From Phyllobates terribilis (lineage: Eukaryota), in contig NW_027362762.1 in NCBI RefSeq assembly GCF_046119375.1, forward strand, positions 445,842,001 to 445,906,000: a stretch of DNA of 64,000 nt, read 5' to 3'. The translations under genes and the position numbers were made by a program. Below are positions 51,068 to 61,278 of the stretch, piece after piece. A model generated the notes under the pieces. It was given only the letters and a program-made list of their open reading frames with translations. It searched no databases and was not told the origin of the DNA. Position 1 is the first letter of the stretch; each line of letters begins with the position of its first letter.

Positions 51068-52147
51068 ATGGACGCTGCTGAGGGAAGTCTACCGGAGCCT
51101 TCCGAACCCGGCCCAGGTCCTTTTCCCGCCGACGAGGAGGGTGGCATGTCCCTGACCCTGGGAGATATTGAGTTTCTCCGGAGGGAAACCCCGGACCTTG
51201 CCCGAAGGGTAGCTGAGGCCCAGCATGCAGCGTCCGTCGCGTGGCGGGGAGAAATGCTGCAGTGGATGCGGGCCCGCCACCAAGGAGCAGCAACTCGGGA
51301 GGAAGAAGCAACAGAGGTCGCTTGCAGCCCAGGCTCGGCTGAGTGTGATACCCCCGTCCCGGCTGCTGAGCCCACCGTGCCCCTCCTGGATCTGATAACG
51401 GAGTACCTGCTACCTGGCTCGGTAACCTGGGAGCAGGTCTTTGCCCCGGAGCTGGAAGCGTCCGCCATCGCCGGAGGCCTGCATTGCCTCCCGTCTCGGA
51501 GGAACCTGTGTCTGCTGGGGAATCCACCGACCCCAACCCAAACTGGCCGCACTCCCGGAGGACTTGCAGCAGCCCCTGCTGTCACCGCTGCCCGCACCTC
51601 CAGTTACCTGGCCGGCAGCTGAAGAGTTGGTCTGGGACAACCAGGGGGGGACCTGATGGGCTTCCCCCGGGAGACCTGGGCTGAAGCGCGGAGGAGGAGC
51701 GCGCTGTGTCGGCAGCAAATCCTCCAGTTCGACCGGGAGCAACGGCAGAGGGAGGTTCGCTGCGAGCGCCTGGAAGTGCACGCCAAGGCCGCAAAATCCA
51801 GGGCCCGCCGAGAGGAGGCAGCCTGTCCAAGCCCCCGTGAGGAAGGGCAGATAGTCCGCTTCCACCACGAGGCAGGCTGGGGCTTCATAAGGAGTCCCCA
51901 GTTTGAGCAAGACGTCTTTGTCAGCTGATGGGACGTCGAGCCGCGGCTGAAGAAGGGACACACTGGCCGGAACCTCTTCCCGGGTGACTTTGCATCGTAC
52001 ACCCGCCACCACGGGGTGCGGGGGTGGTACGTTCTGGATGTTCACAAAGTGTCCAGGAGTAACGCCCCCTCGCGCTCGGCAGTGGAGGACCGACCAGCCT
52101 CCGTTGGGAGGAATGAGCCTTTTCCCCGGTGGGGACCTATGGAGTAA
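51068..52147 (+). pseudogene. Element-borne ORF (~359 codons) ending in a cold-shock domain, with two in-frame TGA stops
   Basis: Track ORFs 50822-51622 and 51656-51928 and the continuation to TAA 52145-52147 are all in one frame. CSD at 51845-52042: GQIVRFHHEAGWGFIRSPQFEQDVFVS*WDV..RNLFPGDFASYTRHHGVRGWYVLDV. Confidence 0.75.
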
Positions 52148-54871
52148 GCGGCCCTGGCGGCTGTAACCTTTTTGCAGTTATTATGTTATTATGTTCAAGT
52201 TAACCCCATGTTTTCCTCCCAGATTATAGAGACATTCGTCCCTGCGGACTTGCAGTAGACAGACTCTTCTATTTTATATAGTTTGCATCTCTTTAGGTGC
52301 TCCCTGTTGGTTTTATGCAAAACCGCGTCTACTTCTACCTCAGACCTCGGAAGAAAAACCTGTCTGGCGTGGCTCTCCTGGAGGTCCAACTCGGGATCTT
52401 CATGCCCTGCAGCCACCCCAGGGCCTACGTTGAGGGTTTGGGACAGGTCCCTCGCTCTTCTGATCTGACCTTTTCATACCGCACTTTAATCAGTCTGTCT
52501 ATATGCATAATGTCTCTGTGATGTTTTTATATGTTTTTATACTTTTGTACTATTTAAAAATTTGTAACGTTTAAGAAAAAGTGCCTCCCATAATGGGAAG
52601 ATTGTTCAATTGTTATACAAAAATATAAAAAGTCTGTACCAGGTTTTGCTCTCTTTGCAGTCCGCGGACGTGCTGTGTTTCACCAGGGGGGAATGTGGCG
52701 CCCCTGGGGGTTCGGTCACCACAGGGGTACTGCATCTCTTTAATGAGGTGTGGTATCCCTCCTTCGGGGTAACGATGGTGCGGCTGACAGGACCCCACCT
52801 CTGCATCCAACACTAGACCTCTCCCACCTGAGTGGGGCTTATATGCACCAGTGTGCTGCCCCATCCGGGATAAGAAGAGATGGGGGGGGGACCAAAAGAT
52901 AGGGGCAACCATGTAGTGGGTGAGGGTGGAGGACGCACATTTAGGTTACACTTAATAATTCATATTTAATAAACAGCCATCTTGGGCTTATTGTCTTTTG
53001 ATTGTGATCTTCATCACTGAACGTGGCTTTCTGTGTGAACCTGCAGTTGATGGGGACACGGTCCTCGTACTCTGGCCTTGAGTCGAGGAGCGGGCAAGAG
53101 TTAACGGTTGTCTCTACCCGGTTAAGGTCCCTGCCCAAGAAGGCCTGGAGCAGAGGATTAAAGCTCCACAAGCAAAAGGATCCCAGGGGGATGCAGACGG
53201 AGCGGTATACGCCACCTGTCCTCACTATTCTGGCCTAGCCAGAGGGACTCCTGCTGCAAAAGGGGTACCGGCCCCCGATATCTGACTCTGTCACTTCAAT
53301 TCTTAGTCGGAGAAGCCCGGAGGCTCAGTGGATCCCACCGGGTAGCGGAAGAAGCGGAGTCGCCACCCGTACCCTGGCTCTGTGCATAGTCCAGAGGGAG
53401 ACCCGGCCTTAGTACAAGCACTACACACGGACAGGAGAGGACCTAGTGGGAAAGTCTAGGAACACTCTGGTGCGGGGTCCTGATCAAAGCATCTGAATTA
53501 CTCGGAGGTTGTCGACCCCCGGTCCTGGTGGCCGCAGCGTGCCGTGAGGAGCAGGCAGAAGCCTTGCAGCTGTTCATTCTACCATGAGTAAAGCTTGGAA
53601 AACTACCCCTATGGCCTTCGGTTTCTTATTGCAACGCGGCACCGCACCACATCTCCCACTACAGCTCCCATTCTCTTGTCCCCTCTGCCCTGAGGCCCTG
53701 CTCCGCCTGTGGGGAGTAGTATCATCTCCGGCTGCCACTACATCCAGCCTCAGAGGACTGAACGCAGCGCTGGTGGGGAATCACCAGACACCACAGGTGG
53801 CGTAGTCAATACAACCACTCGATTAACACAAACCCTGAAAGCCCATTACACCCTTTTAGTGTGACGGCCCTGGGCACGGAACGGGTCCAGGCCACGGCTA
53901 CAACCCACCAAACATCTGACCCGGCTCCGAGTACCCCCATCTCCCAGGGAAGGGCTGCGAGCGTCACACACAAGCACGCTGCCAGGGATGTTACAGAGCA
54001 TCTCTGGAGAGACCTGAAAATGGCTGTCCACCAACGTTCACCATCCAACCTGACGGAACTGGAGAGGATCTGCAAGGAAGAATGGCAGAGGATCCCCAAA
54101 TCCAGGTGTGAAAAACTTGTTGCATCGTTCCCAAGAAGACTCATGTCTGTACTAGCTCAAAAGGGTGCTTCTACTCAATACTGAGCAAAGGGTCTGAATA
54201 CTTATGACCATGTGATATTTCAGTTTTTCTTTTTTAATACATTTGCAAACATTTCTACATTTCTGGGGGGTTTTTTTCAGTCAAGATGGGGTGCAGAGTG
54301 TACTTTAATAAAAAAAAATGAACTTTTTAGAATTTACCAAATGGCTGCAATGAAGCAAAGAGAGAAAAATGTAAAGAGGTCTGAATACTTTCATTACCCA
54401 CTGTATATCTCTCATAGCATGGGATTTAGCATCTGGAATATGTATTTACTAGTTTTTAATCCCACGTCCTACTGTGTGTAGAAATTGCATTTTTTTTTAG
54501 GGATTTTTTATCGTGACTGCCTTCTAGTGCTTCACAGAACTGACATGTTCAGTAGATATTTTGAAGACATTCATGCCTCTTTTCCTCAATACACACTCTA
54601 TCCGTCTAGCGGCTGGTTACATGGGGTTGCGGTCTACTTGCTTTGAGGGATTTTATGTCATGTGACCACACTCTAGTGCTTCACAGAACGGACATGTGCA
54701 GTAGACATTTTGAAGACATTCAGGCCTCTTTTTCTCTATACACACTCTATCCCTCTATCGTTTTGATACTTTTTGATCAGAATTGGATTGGCTATATAAA
54801 CCAGCTCTGCCATTCCTGGGATACACACGCACCAAGTATGTTGTGGAGTTGTGCTTGTCCATCCGTTCTGG

Positions 54872-54912
54872 CCTCCTGATGAAACTGATCTTGGAAGGGA
54901 AACGCGTCGGGA
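54872..54912 (+). ncRNA. Minimal hammerhead ribozyme motif with palindromic stem III (ACGCGT)
   Basis: CTGATGA 54876-54882, 16 nt, GAAACGCGTC 54899-54908. Stems I and II are weak. Confidence 0.5.
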
Positions 54913-55007
54913 TCATGATTATGGACACTTAAGAATATTGGAGATATTCTGTGTCGATCATTGTATCCTATTTGGCAGAGGATTATAAAGCCTCCTCAGT
55001 GTGCAGT

Positions 55008-56126
55008 TGTAACAGGACACCTAGCAGGGGGGGTCAAGAGACTGTGAGTGACAAATATCCCACCTATAGTCAGCTCTCTCAGGACAAAGAGCCTGCGGCC
55101 ATGTGGTCCCAAGCCATGTAGGTGTCCTTTAGTTAGACAGATAGGAATTCCATACGGAGTTATGGAAATACTGTGCATCTTAGCCATACATCGAATAGAT
55201 TTTTGAAGTCCCGAGGACATGGTGAATGTCTGCTTGGGTCTCGACCCAGTCTAGACCATAGGGATAGAGAGATAAACGGCACAGCCATTCAGAAATCCAT
55301 AGGGCTGCTATGTTTAGTTTCCACACATAGCAGGGACCTGGCTGCATCTGATGACACCAGAACCGGCTCCCAGGACCGTCCTTTAAGGAGCTATGACCTG
55401 TCTTAGTTTCTGTAGTTGTTTCTTGCTGCTAGAAGCCAGGGGTACAGATTTGGATCCAGCCCAGGGAGCAAAAGGGGGCTGACCCAGAGGGGTTAAAAAG
55501 CTCCTGCAGCTCTTGGCCTATTGCTTTTTCTCTGGGAGGCCGCGACGATACATCGTGTGGGAGAACTCACCCAACAGAGGGAACCACAAGCCTTCCATGT
55601 GGCAGCCCCTCCCCCGCAAGCCAGGCCTTTCATCTGACTAGTAACTGACTCTTAATATCTGCATACTTCTGTACCACTACTATCGTGTTTGCATCTCTGA
55701 CCATTATGTATGTATAATCCTTATGTATATGGTGTATTGTCTAGTGTGCCCTTAAGGTGAATAAATATATAATTTAACCTTGGGCTGCTCTTTTATCTCG
55801 ATCCACGTAACCACGCGTTCGGTTCAACTCACATTCTACCGGGGCTGGTTTCTGGCCCGATATAATTCTTTTTACGGACTGGGGCTTATGTCTAACAAGA
55901 ACTGGTGGCAGCTCTACTGGGCTGATAAGGTTCGGTTTTACTGGGGTCAGTAAGAGGGGCCTCTCAGCCTGTCTGGGGTGTAAACGAGTGTGGTGCCATG
56001 TCAGTGACTGAGTAGGCACCTCTTCTCCCGGTACCTTCCTGAACACGTCATCCATCTGACGTTATAGCGACGTCAAGCGGGAGGCGCGGTGGGGATCCTT
56101 CACATGTGGTGGCAGCGGTGGGATTC
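55008..56126 (+). mobile_element. 5' LTR (~1.1 kb) plus tRNA-Leu PBS; interior lost
   Basis: TGTAACA...CTTCACA, 2-nt spacer, then TGGTGGCAGCGGTGGGATTC (56107-56126), the complement of the tRNA-Leu(AAG/TAG) 3' end. The left boundary is less certain. Confidence 0.75.
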
Positions 56127-56621
56127 TGCGTGATCTCTCTGGTGCCATTCATCACAAACACCTATTAAGAAAATTACATCTGTTTCTCCCAATTGTTTTA
56201 CAATGCAGTTTAGTCAATTCTATTTAGTGATAGCCACCTGCAAATTCTGTATATGCGTCTAAAACCATAGCATTTGAACATGCTGCATTTATACACATGT
56301 ATGGCACCCTGTTTCACACAATTTATCAATTTATTAAATTGGGATACGCTGTTGCACCTATGCGGCTGGTTATTTATCTGTTTTTTTTGTGGAGGTGCAC
56401 ATATTTTTTGGACACTATCAACTTGACATCTTTTACATGTACCCATATGACTTTTCTATTGCCACATAAGGAGACTACTGCTTTTTTGTGTCTTCAAGCT
56501 TATCATGTCTGTGTTTCTTGTGGTAGAATCTGTGCTTTAAGGGTAAAATACCTATCTAGGGTTTTCATGGGGTCTCTCAGAGCTAGACAACGAGGAGCAC
56601 GCCTTCACTTTCATTGACTAT

Positions 56622-57198
56622 TAGGGTGTCAACCTCCGCGGATAGCTAGGGCTCATGATTTAAGGTTATACAGGGATAAAGTAGTGGTTATTTTGCCACA
56701 TTTTCCCCCGAGTCACTGGTGTGATATATGAGGGAAGGTATGTGTCACTCAGGTTGCTCTCCTGTGTGAACTGAGACCTACTGAATTTCTGCCAGCATGT
56801 TATATGCTGGGGGTTAACTCTTTTAAAGGGTGTAGTTTTATGTGAATGACAGAGATGGGAGGGACGTCATTCACCATACCTCCCCTCTGGGTGTGGCTGA
56901 GCATGGTTTAAATATTCAGTCCTGTTTTTTTCTGTGTTGTGGTCTGGAGAGGCAAGGTCTCCCGACTGGGAAAGCTTCAGCTCAGGATGGAGCTGAAGGC
57001 TGGGATTACCCCCTGTGTGTGAGAATTCCACATACATATGGACTGTGCTATCGTTTAACTTTTGTTTTGTCTTTTTGACAGTAAGGCCGTGTTTATTTTT
57101 GCTGGAGTTGCAAGGCTTTATGCCATATAATAAAGCCTGCAGAGAAAACCCAGTTCCTGAGTGTACTTCCGGAAGCGGCCGAGCGAGTCGCCTTACCA
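56622..57198 (+). mobile_element. Solo LTR related to 5915-6414
   Basis: Shared blocks (GGTATGTGTCAC, CATACCTC.CCTCTGGG, TGGACTGT); possible CTAT TSD; degenerate left end. Confidence 0.55.
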
Positions 57199-57559
57199 CT
57201 ATATATATATATATATATATTTATTTTATTTATTTTTTCTTATTTCTCACTTCACAACTTTTAATGTATATCCATGAAAGAATTTGTCTTTTAATAATAA
57301 GGGTTTCTTCACTTAGACTAACATTGTTATGTCACAATACACCTGTGGCCAATCATGGCTGACTTCACTCTCTTCGCCTTTGGATGAATTACATGCAGCT
57401 CTTACCTCCTCTGGATGTATATGATTTGTCTGAAGGCAGGGAGAGTGAAGTCAGTGCTGACTGGTCACAGGGATTGCATGACATAGCAATAGTATGTGAT
57501 CTCCAGAAAAATAAGTGCCAACACAGTTGGGACTGTGCCCGCACTGCAGGTGAGTATAA

Positions 57560-57773
57560 GGCCACAGCCCCACTATCAGTATTTGGTCAGTATTCGGTCA
57601 GTATTTTTTCTCAGGAGTGGGAGCCAAAACCAGGAGTGGGTGATAAATGCAGAATTGGTGACTTGTTTCTATTATACCTTTTCTCTGATTGTTCCTCACC
57701 TGGTTTTTGCTCCCACTCCTGAGAAAAAATACTGACTGAATACTGACCAAATACTGATAGTCCGGGCATGGCT
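57560..57773. mobile_element. Harbinger-type MITE, inverted copy of 25605-25807
   Basis: TAA TSDs; the asymmetric core is the reverse complement of the 25.6-kb copy. Confidence 0.8.
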
Positions 57774-57848
57774 TAAAGAGTTATTATTTTCCAAGAGGAA
57801 AACCTAAGGATTGATAAAGGGTTGTTCGAGTAGTGGACTATGCCTTTA

Positions 57849-58119
57849 GGGAATGTGCACACATTGAATATTTGATTGTAGAAATTTCTGCAACGTTTCT
57901 GCATCTCTTGGCAGGAAAACGCAGCCTCAAACACATTGCGTTCTTGCAGCATTTTTTGCCTGTGGTTTTTCATTGTATTCAATGGGTGAAAAATGCAGGC
58001 AAAAACACACAGAGAATTGACATGCTAAAGATTATTTTCTGCACCAAAATTTTGTCACAAATCCGCCCAGAAAAAAACGTGACAAAAACGCAACAAATCT
58101 GCAACGTGTGCACATAGCC
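57849..58119. mobile_element. Harbinger-type MITE
   Basis: TTA followed by GGGAATGTGCACAC ... GTGTGCACATAGCC. Confidence 0.65.
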
Positions 58120-60563
58120 TTCAAGTTTCTAACAAGCCCAAAACTTACTTTGGCAGAGTTCATCAACTAGCACTAACATTGAAAAAACTGAACTTATGTT
58201 TATTTTCCTCTGGTGTTTAACCTCACCTTCAAGTTTGTCTAGCAGAAATTAGGAAAATGGAAAAATAGAAAAGTGTAATTTCAAGTTTAGCCCATTTATT
58301 TAGTGTCAGAATTTTATTTTAAACCGTTTTTTTTTGTTACACCAGTATTGTGAGTTTTTTTGTTACAATATAAAAATTGCTGTGTTCATTCCAATAAAAA
58401 CCTTGTTTTCGAATCAAATCATAAGAAATTAAATATTAGGGGTTTTTTTTCCTTCTCTGTCTAGAATATGTATTTCCTCTGCGGATCTATTTGGTAATGT
58501 TTTATCATCTATTTGTTTAACCTTCTACCCTTTACAATGACTGTCAGGTTGTCTGACAAATGTCTTGAGCAAAGGTTACTGCTTTGCAAACCCACCATTA
58601 TTCCAATTTTTCTGGTAAATTGGCCACTAGGGAGACACTATGGCAGCTTCCATTCATCTAGAAAAATGCAGATGACATTTTGTACGTGCAAAATATTTGT
58701 TTATATGTGTTTACAAAATCTTTTATAAAAAAAAAAAAAGGGAAAATTACCTTACTTGTCATATTACCAGTCTTCTCATGTAGCTGTCACGTAAAGGTTT
58801 TCCTTTTGTTCTTCAATGGTTCTTTTAAGGACAGTAGATGTGTACATCATACAATTAAAGACATTGTCAATTAATGTCATTAACATGCTTTCTGCATTAA
58901 AGTTGTAGAATTTAAGTCATAATAAAGCATTTTCTTGGCGAAATGCTAATGTACCTTTTATAACGGAGAGACATTTTCTTTGTCAGAGCGAATTGTATTC
59001 GTGGGAATGGGAGCATCAATTATCTGTTTACATCTCGTATAATCTTTATTTAGTAGTTTCTTGTCTTTGAATTTGACTCCAGACGACTGGTTAAGTGTAA
59101 GGAATCATCCACTGTGCTTTCGAGTTATTTTACTAATGAAAGAGAGATAAATTCTGGATTATGCTGATGATGCCTGGAACTTTAATAAGGTTTCCTCTAA
59201 ACAAAGTAATATGGAGAATGCGTACCTAATTATTTGAACAGAAAGCTGTTCTGTGGTCACTGACTTAGTGAGAAAGCTTTCATCTGACAACAATTTTCCT
59301 GTTAAGAGTGCACATAGGGTAAAATCCAATAGATACGCTCCACATTAACTCATCTGTGGTGCAAGACATATAAATGCTTTATTACCTTGCAGATCACAAC
59401 TTTGCCCAAAAAGGTTTCACAACCTGCAAAGTGCTTACAAATTTGTCTGTAATGCTAACATGCTTTTAATGCAATGCATAGTAGTGCAGTCGGATTCAGC
59501 GCGAGGCAGACAAACATCTAACCTACAAGAGAAGTATTAGCTTTCTAAACTGCTCCCAAGATATTAAACCAGTTCCGCAGCAGCATAAAGTTGGCGCCTG
59601 TGATTGCCAGAGGAATGCTATTATTGGTAAATGAAGTATTCCTGCTATCGTGTTTAAATAATTTTATGATAGATGTGTTTGCCCTTTGCATATGATGGAA
59701 GAAAATACATTCACGGTTTGGAGGCTAATGAAATTATACCGCTTTTTTCTGTCACATGGGGATTTTCTGCCTAGAATACACTTGTCTTGTTTGATTACTT
59801 ACTCCAGGTTTGTACCAGTCGTAATCATGTTTTTGAATGATTTTTATATGCTTATTTCCATATTTCTTTCCTCTGTTTCTATAGATGTTAATATTTACCT
59901 GTCCCAAGTCTTGCACTGATCACCGCTACCCGACGACTCTGTTACATCCAGAGACATTTGGGAAGGGGTGGTAAGAGGGCTGCTGACACCACTTGTCGTC
60001 CATCTGACCGGACAATCACAAGGGTTTTGTCCGAAAAACAATCAGAGGTTCAGCTCCCAATTTTCTTTCACAATGCCCTATTTAAATCCCTAGAGTGTCA
60101 TTATCATTTCCAGTTATTGTACTGTTAATAGTACTCAATTGCTGTTTTATTGGATTGAACTGTTGTGTTTCTGACACAGCTTGTTCTTGACTATTTCTCT
60201 GCCTTTCCCCTGGATGTCCTTTTGGATTGACCCTTGTATGCAATTACTTTTCTCTCTCCCTGTTATCATTGCCTAACCGCTTGAACACTAATACAGCTTA
60301 CTTTAACTGTGGTATTGGTTTCAATTTTGTCCCTATGGGGAAAAAAAAAAGGTGCATTCTTTCAGTATAAATACGCACCGGTCACCCATTTTATTAAAAC
60401 ATTCTGAAATAATCTTTTGTGCACCAGAAAAGATCATCAATTGCACTGTAATAAATTATTGAAGCCTATGAGAACTGTACGATCTATTTTAGTTCAGTGT
60501 GCCTCACTTACCGCCGTCTGCCTGTGTAAACAGGCCTTGAAACAAACCGCTGACTGGTACCTA

Positions 60564-61278
60564 CTGTTTTTTGCGGACTATAAGACACACTGGACAATAA
60601 GGTGCAACTCAGATTTTGGGAAGGAAAATTGAAAAAAAATGTTTTAATAAAATGGTGGTGTGTCTTATAGTCCTCTTTTACGGTAGCTTATCGGGGTGCG
60701 GTGGAGCGGGGTCTTAGGAGGCAGGGTCCCTGCTGCAGAAGCTGGCGGTGGAGGCAGGAGTGGGGTGATGCCGTGGGCCCTTGGCTTGGAGGAGGGGGTG
60801 TTCGAAGGTGCGAGGCTGTGGCGGGCTCCGGGCTTTCAGAAAATGTCAGGAATCCCTGCACTTCCATCCTTTTCAGTGTGGTGGATCCTGGGAAAATGGC
60901 CATCTCCAGCAGTGCATGCGAAGATTGAGATTTCTGGAGCTGAGATCTCCATCTGCGTTTGTCCGCTGGAGATGGACATTTTCTTGAAGTCCACCATAGT
61001 GAAAACAATAGATGTGCAGGGACTCCGCAGATAGCTTGTGAAAGCCCAGGGCCCGCAGCCTTGCATCGCCGAACGCGCCCTCCTCCCAGCCCGGGGCCTG
61101 CAGCATCGCTCCTCTCCTGCTTCCACCAGCTTTCTGCAGCACCAACCCTGCTTCCTGGGGCCCAGCTCCACCGCAACCGACGCCCCCCCGGTAATCTACA
61201 TTCGGATTATAGGATGCACCCTCATTTTCCCCCCAAATTTGGGGGGAAAATGTGAATCTTATAATCCGAAAAATAAGG
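60564..61278. mobile_element. pogo/Tigger-type palindromic MITE
   Basis: TA flanks; termini ..CGGACTATAAG / CTTATAATCCGAAAAATA; GC-rich internal inverted arms. Confidence 0.7.

Larger units (their letters stand above)
49398..53970 (+). mobile_element. Non-autonomous LTR retrotransposon with ~1.28-kb LTRs and a 2.0-kb pol-less interior
   Basis: LTRs 49398-50683 and 52694-53970 (TGTGGCG...GTCACACA), a few percent diverged. tRNA-Ser PBS, G-rich PPT before 52694, probable 4-bp TSD CAAA/CAAG. Confidence 0.92.
47647..53995 (-). mobile_element. Solo LTR (~1.77 kb after removing the nested element)
   Basis: TG...CA termini and perfect 5-bp TSD GAGCA (47642-47646, 53996-54000). Orientation inferred from composition only. 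Confidence 0.8.
46417..54403 (+). mobile_element. Tc1 (DD34E) transposon interrupted by a 6.35-kb nested LTR insertion
   Basis: TIRs GTGGGTGCGGAAAGTATTCAGACCCC / GGTCTGAATACTTTCATTACCCACTG then TA. Transposase 46816-47646 resumes at 53996 (EHLWRDLKMAVHQR..GASTQY*). Confidence 0.92.

Noticed and set aside
51845-52042. Bacterial cspA contamination or recent horizontal transfer
   Set aside because: The domain is embedded in an LTR element with a vertebrate-type tRNA PBS and nested TSDs, is highly diverged, and has a long eukaryote-like loop.
50842-52045. Long minus-strand ORFs (251, 200, 211 aa) over the CSD element
   Set aside because: GC-rich shadow frames with no recognisable motifs; the PBS, PPT and CSD all define the plus strand as sense.
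49643-53238. Duplicated 94-aa and 71-aa ORFs (49643/52941, 49725/53023)
   Set aside because: They are duplicated only because they lie in the two LTRs, and have no protein motifs.
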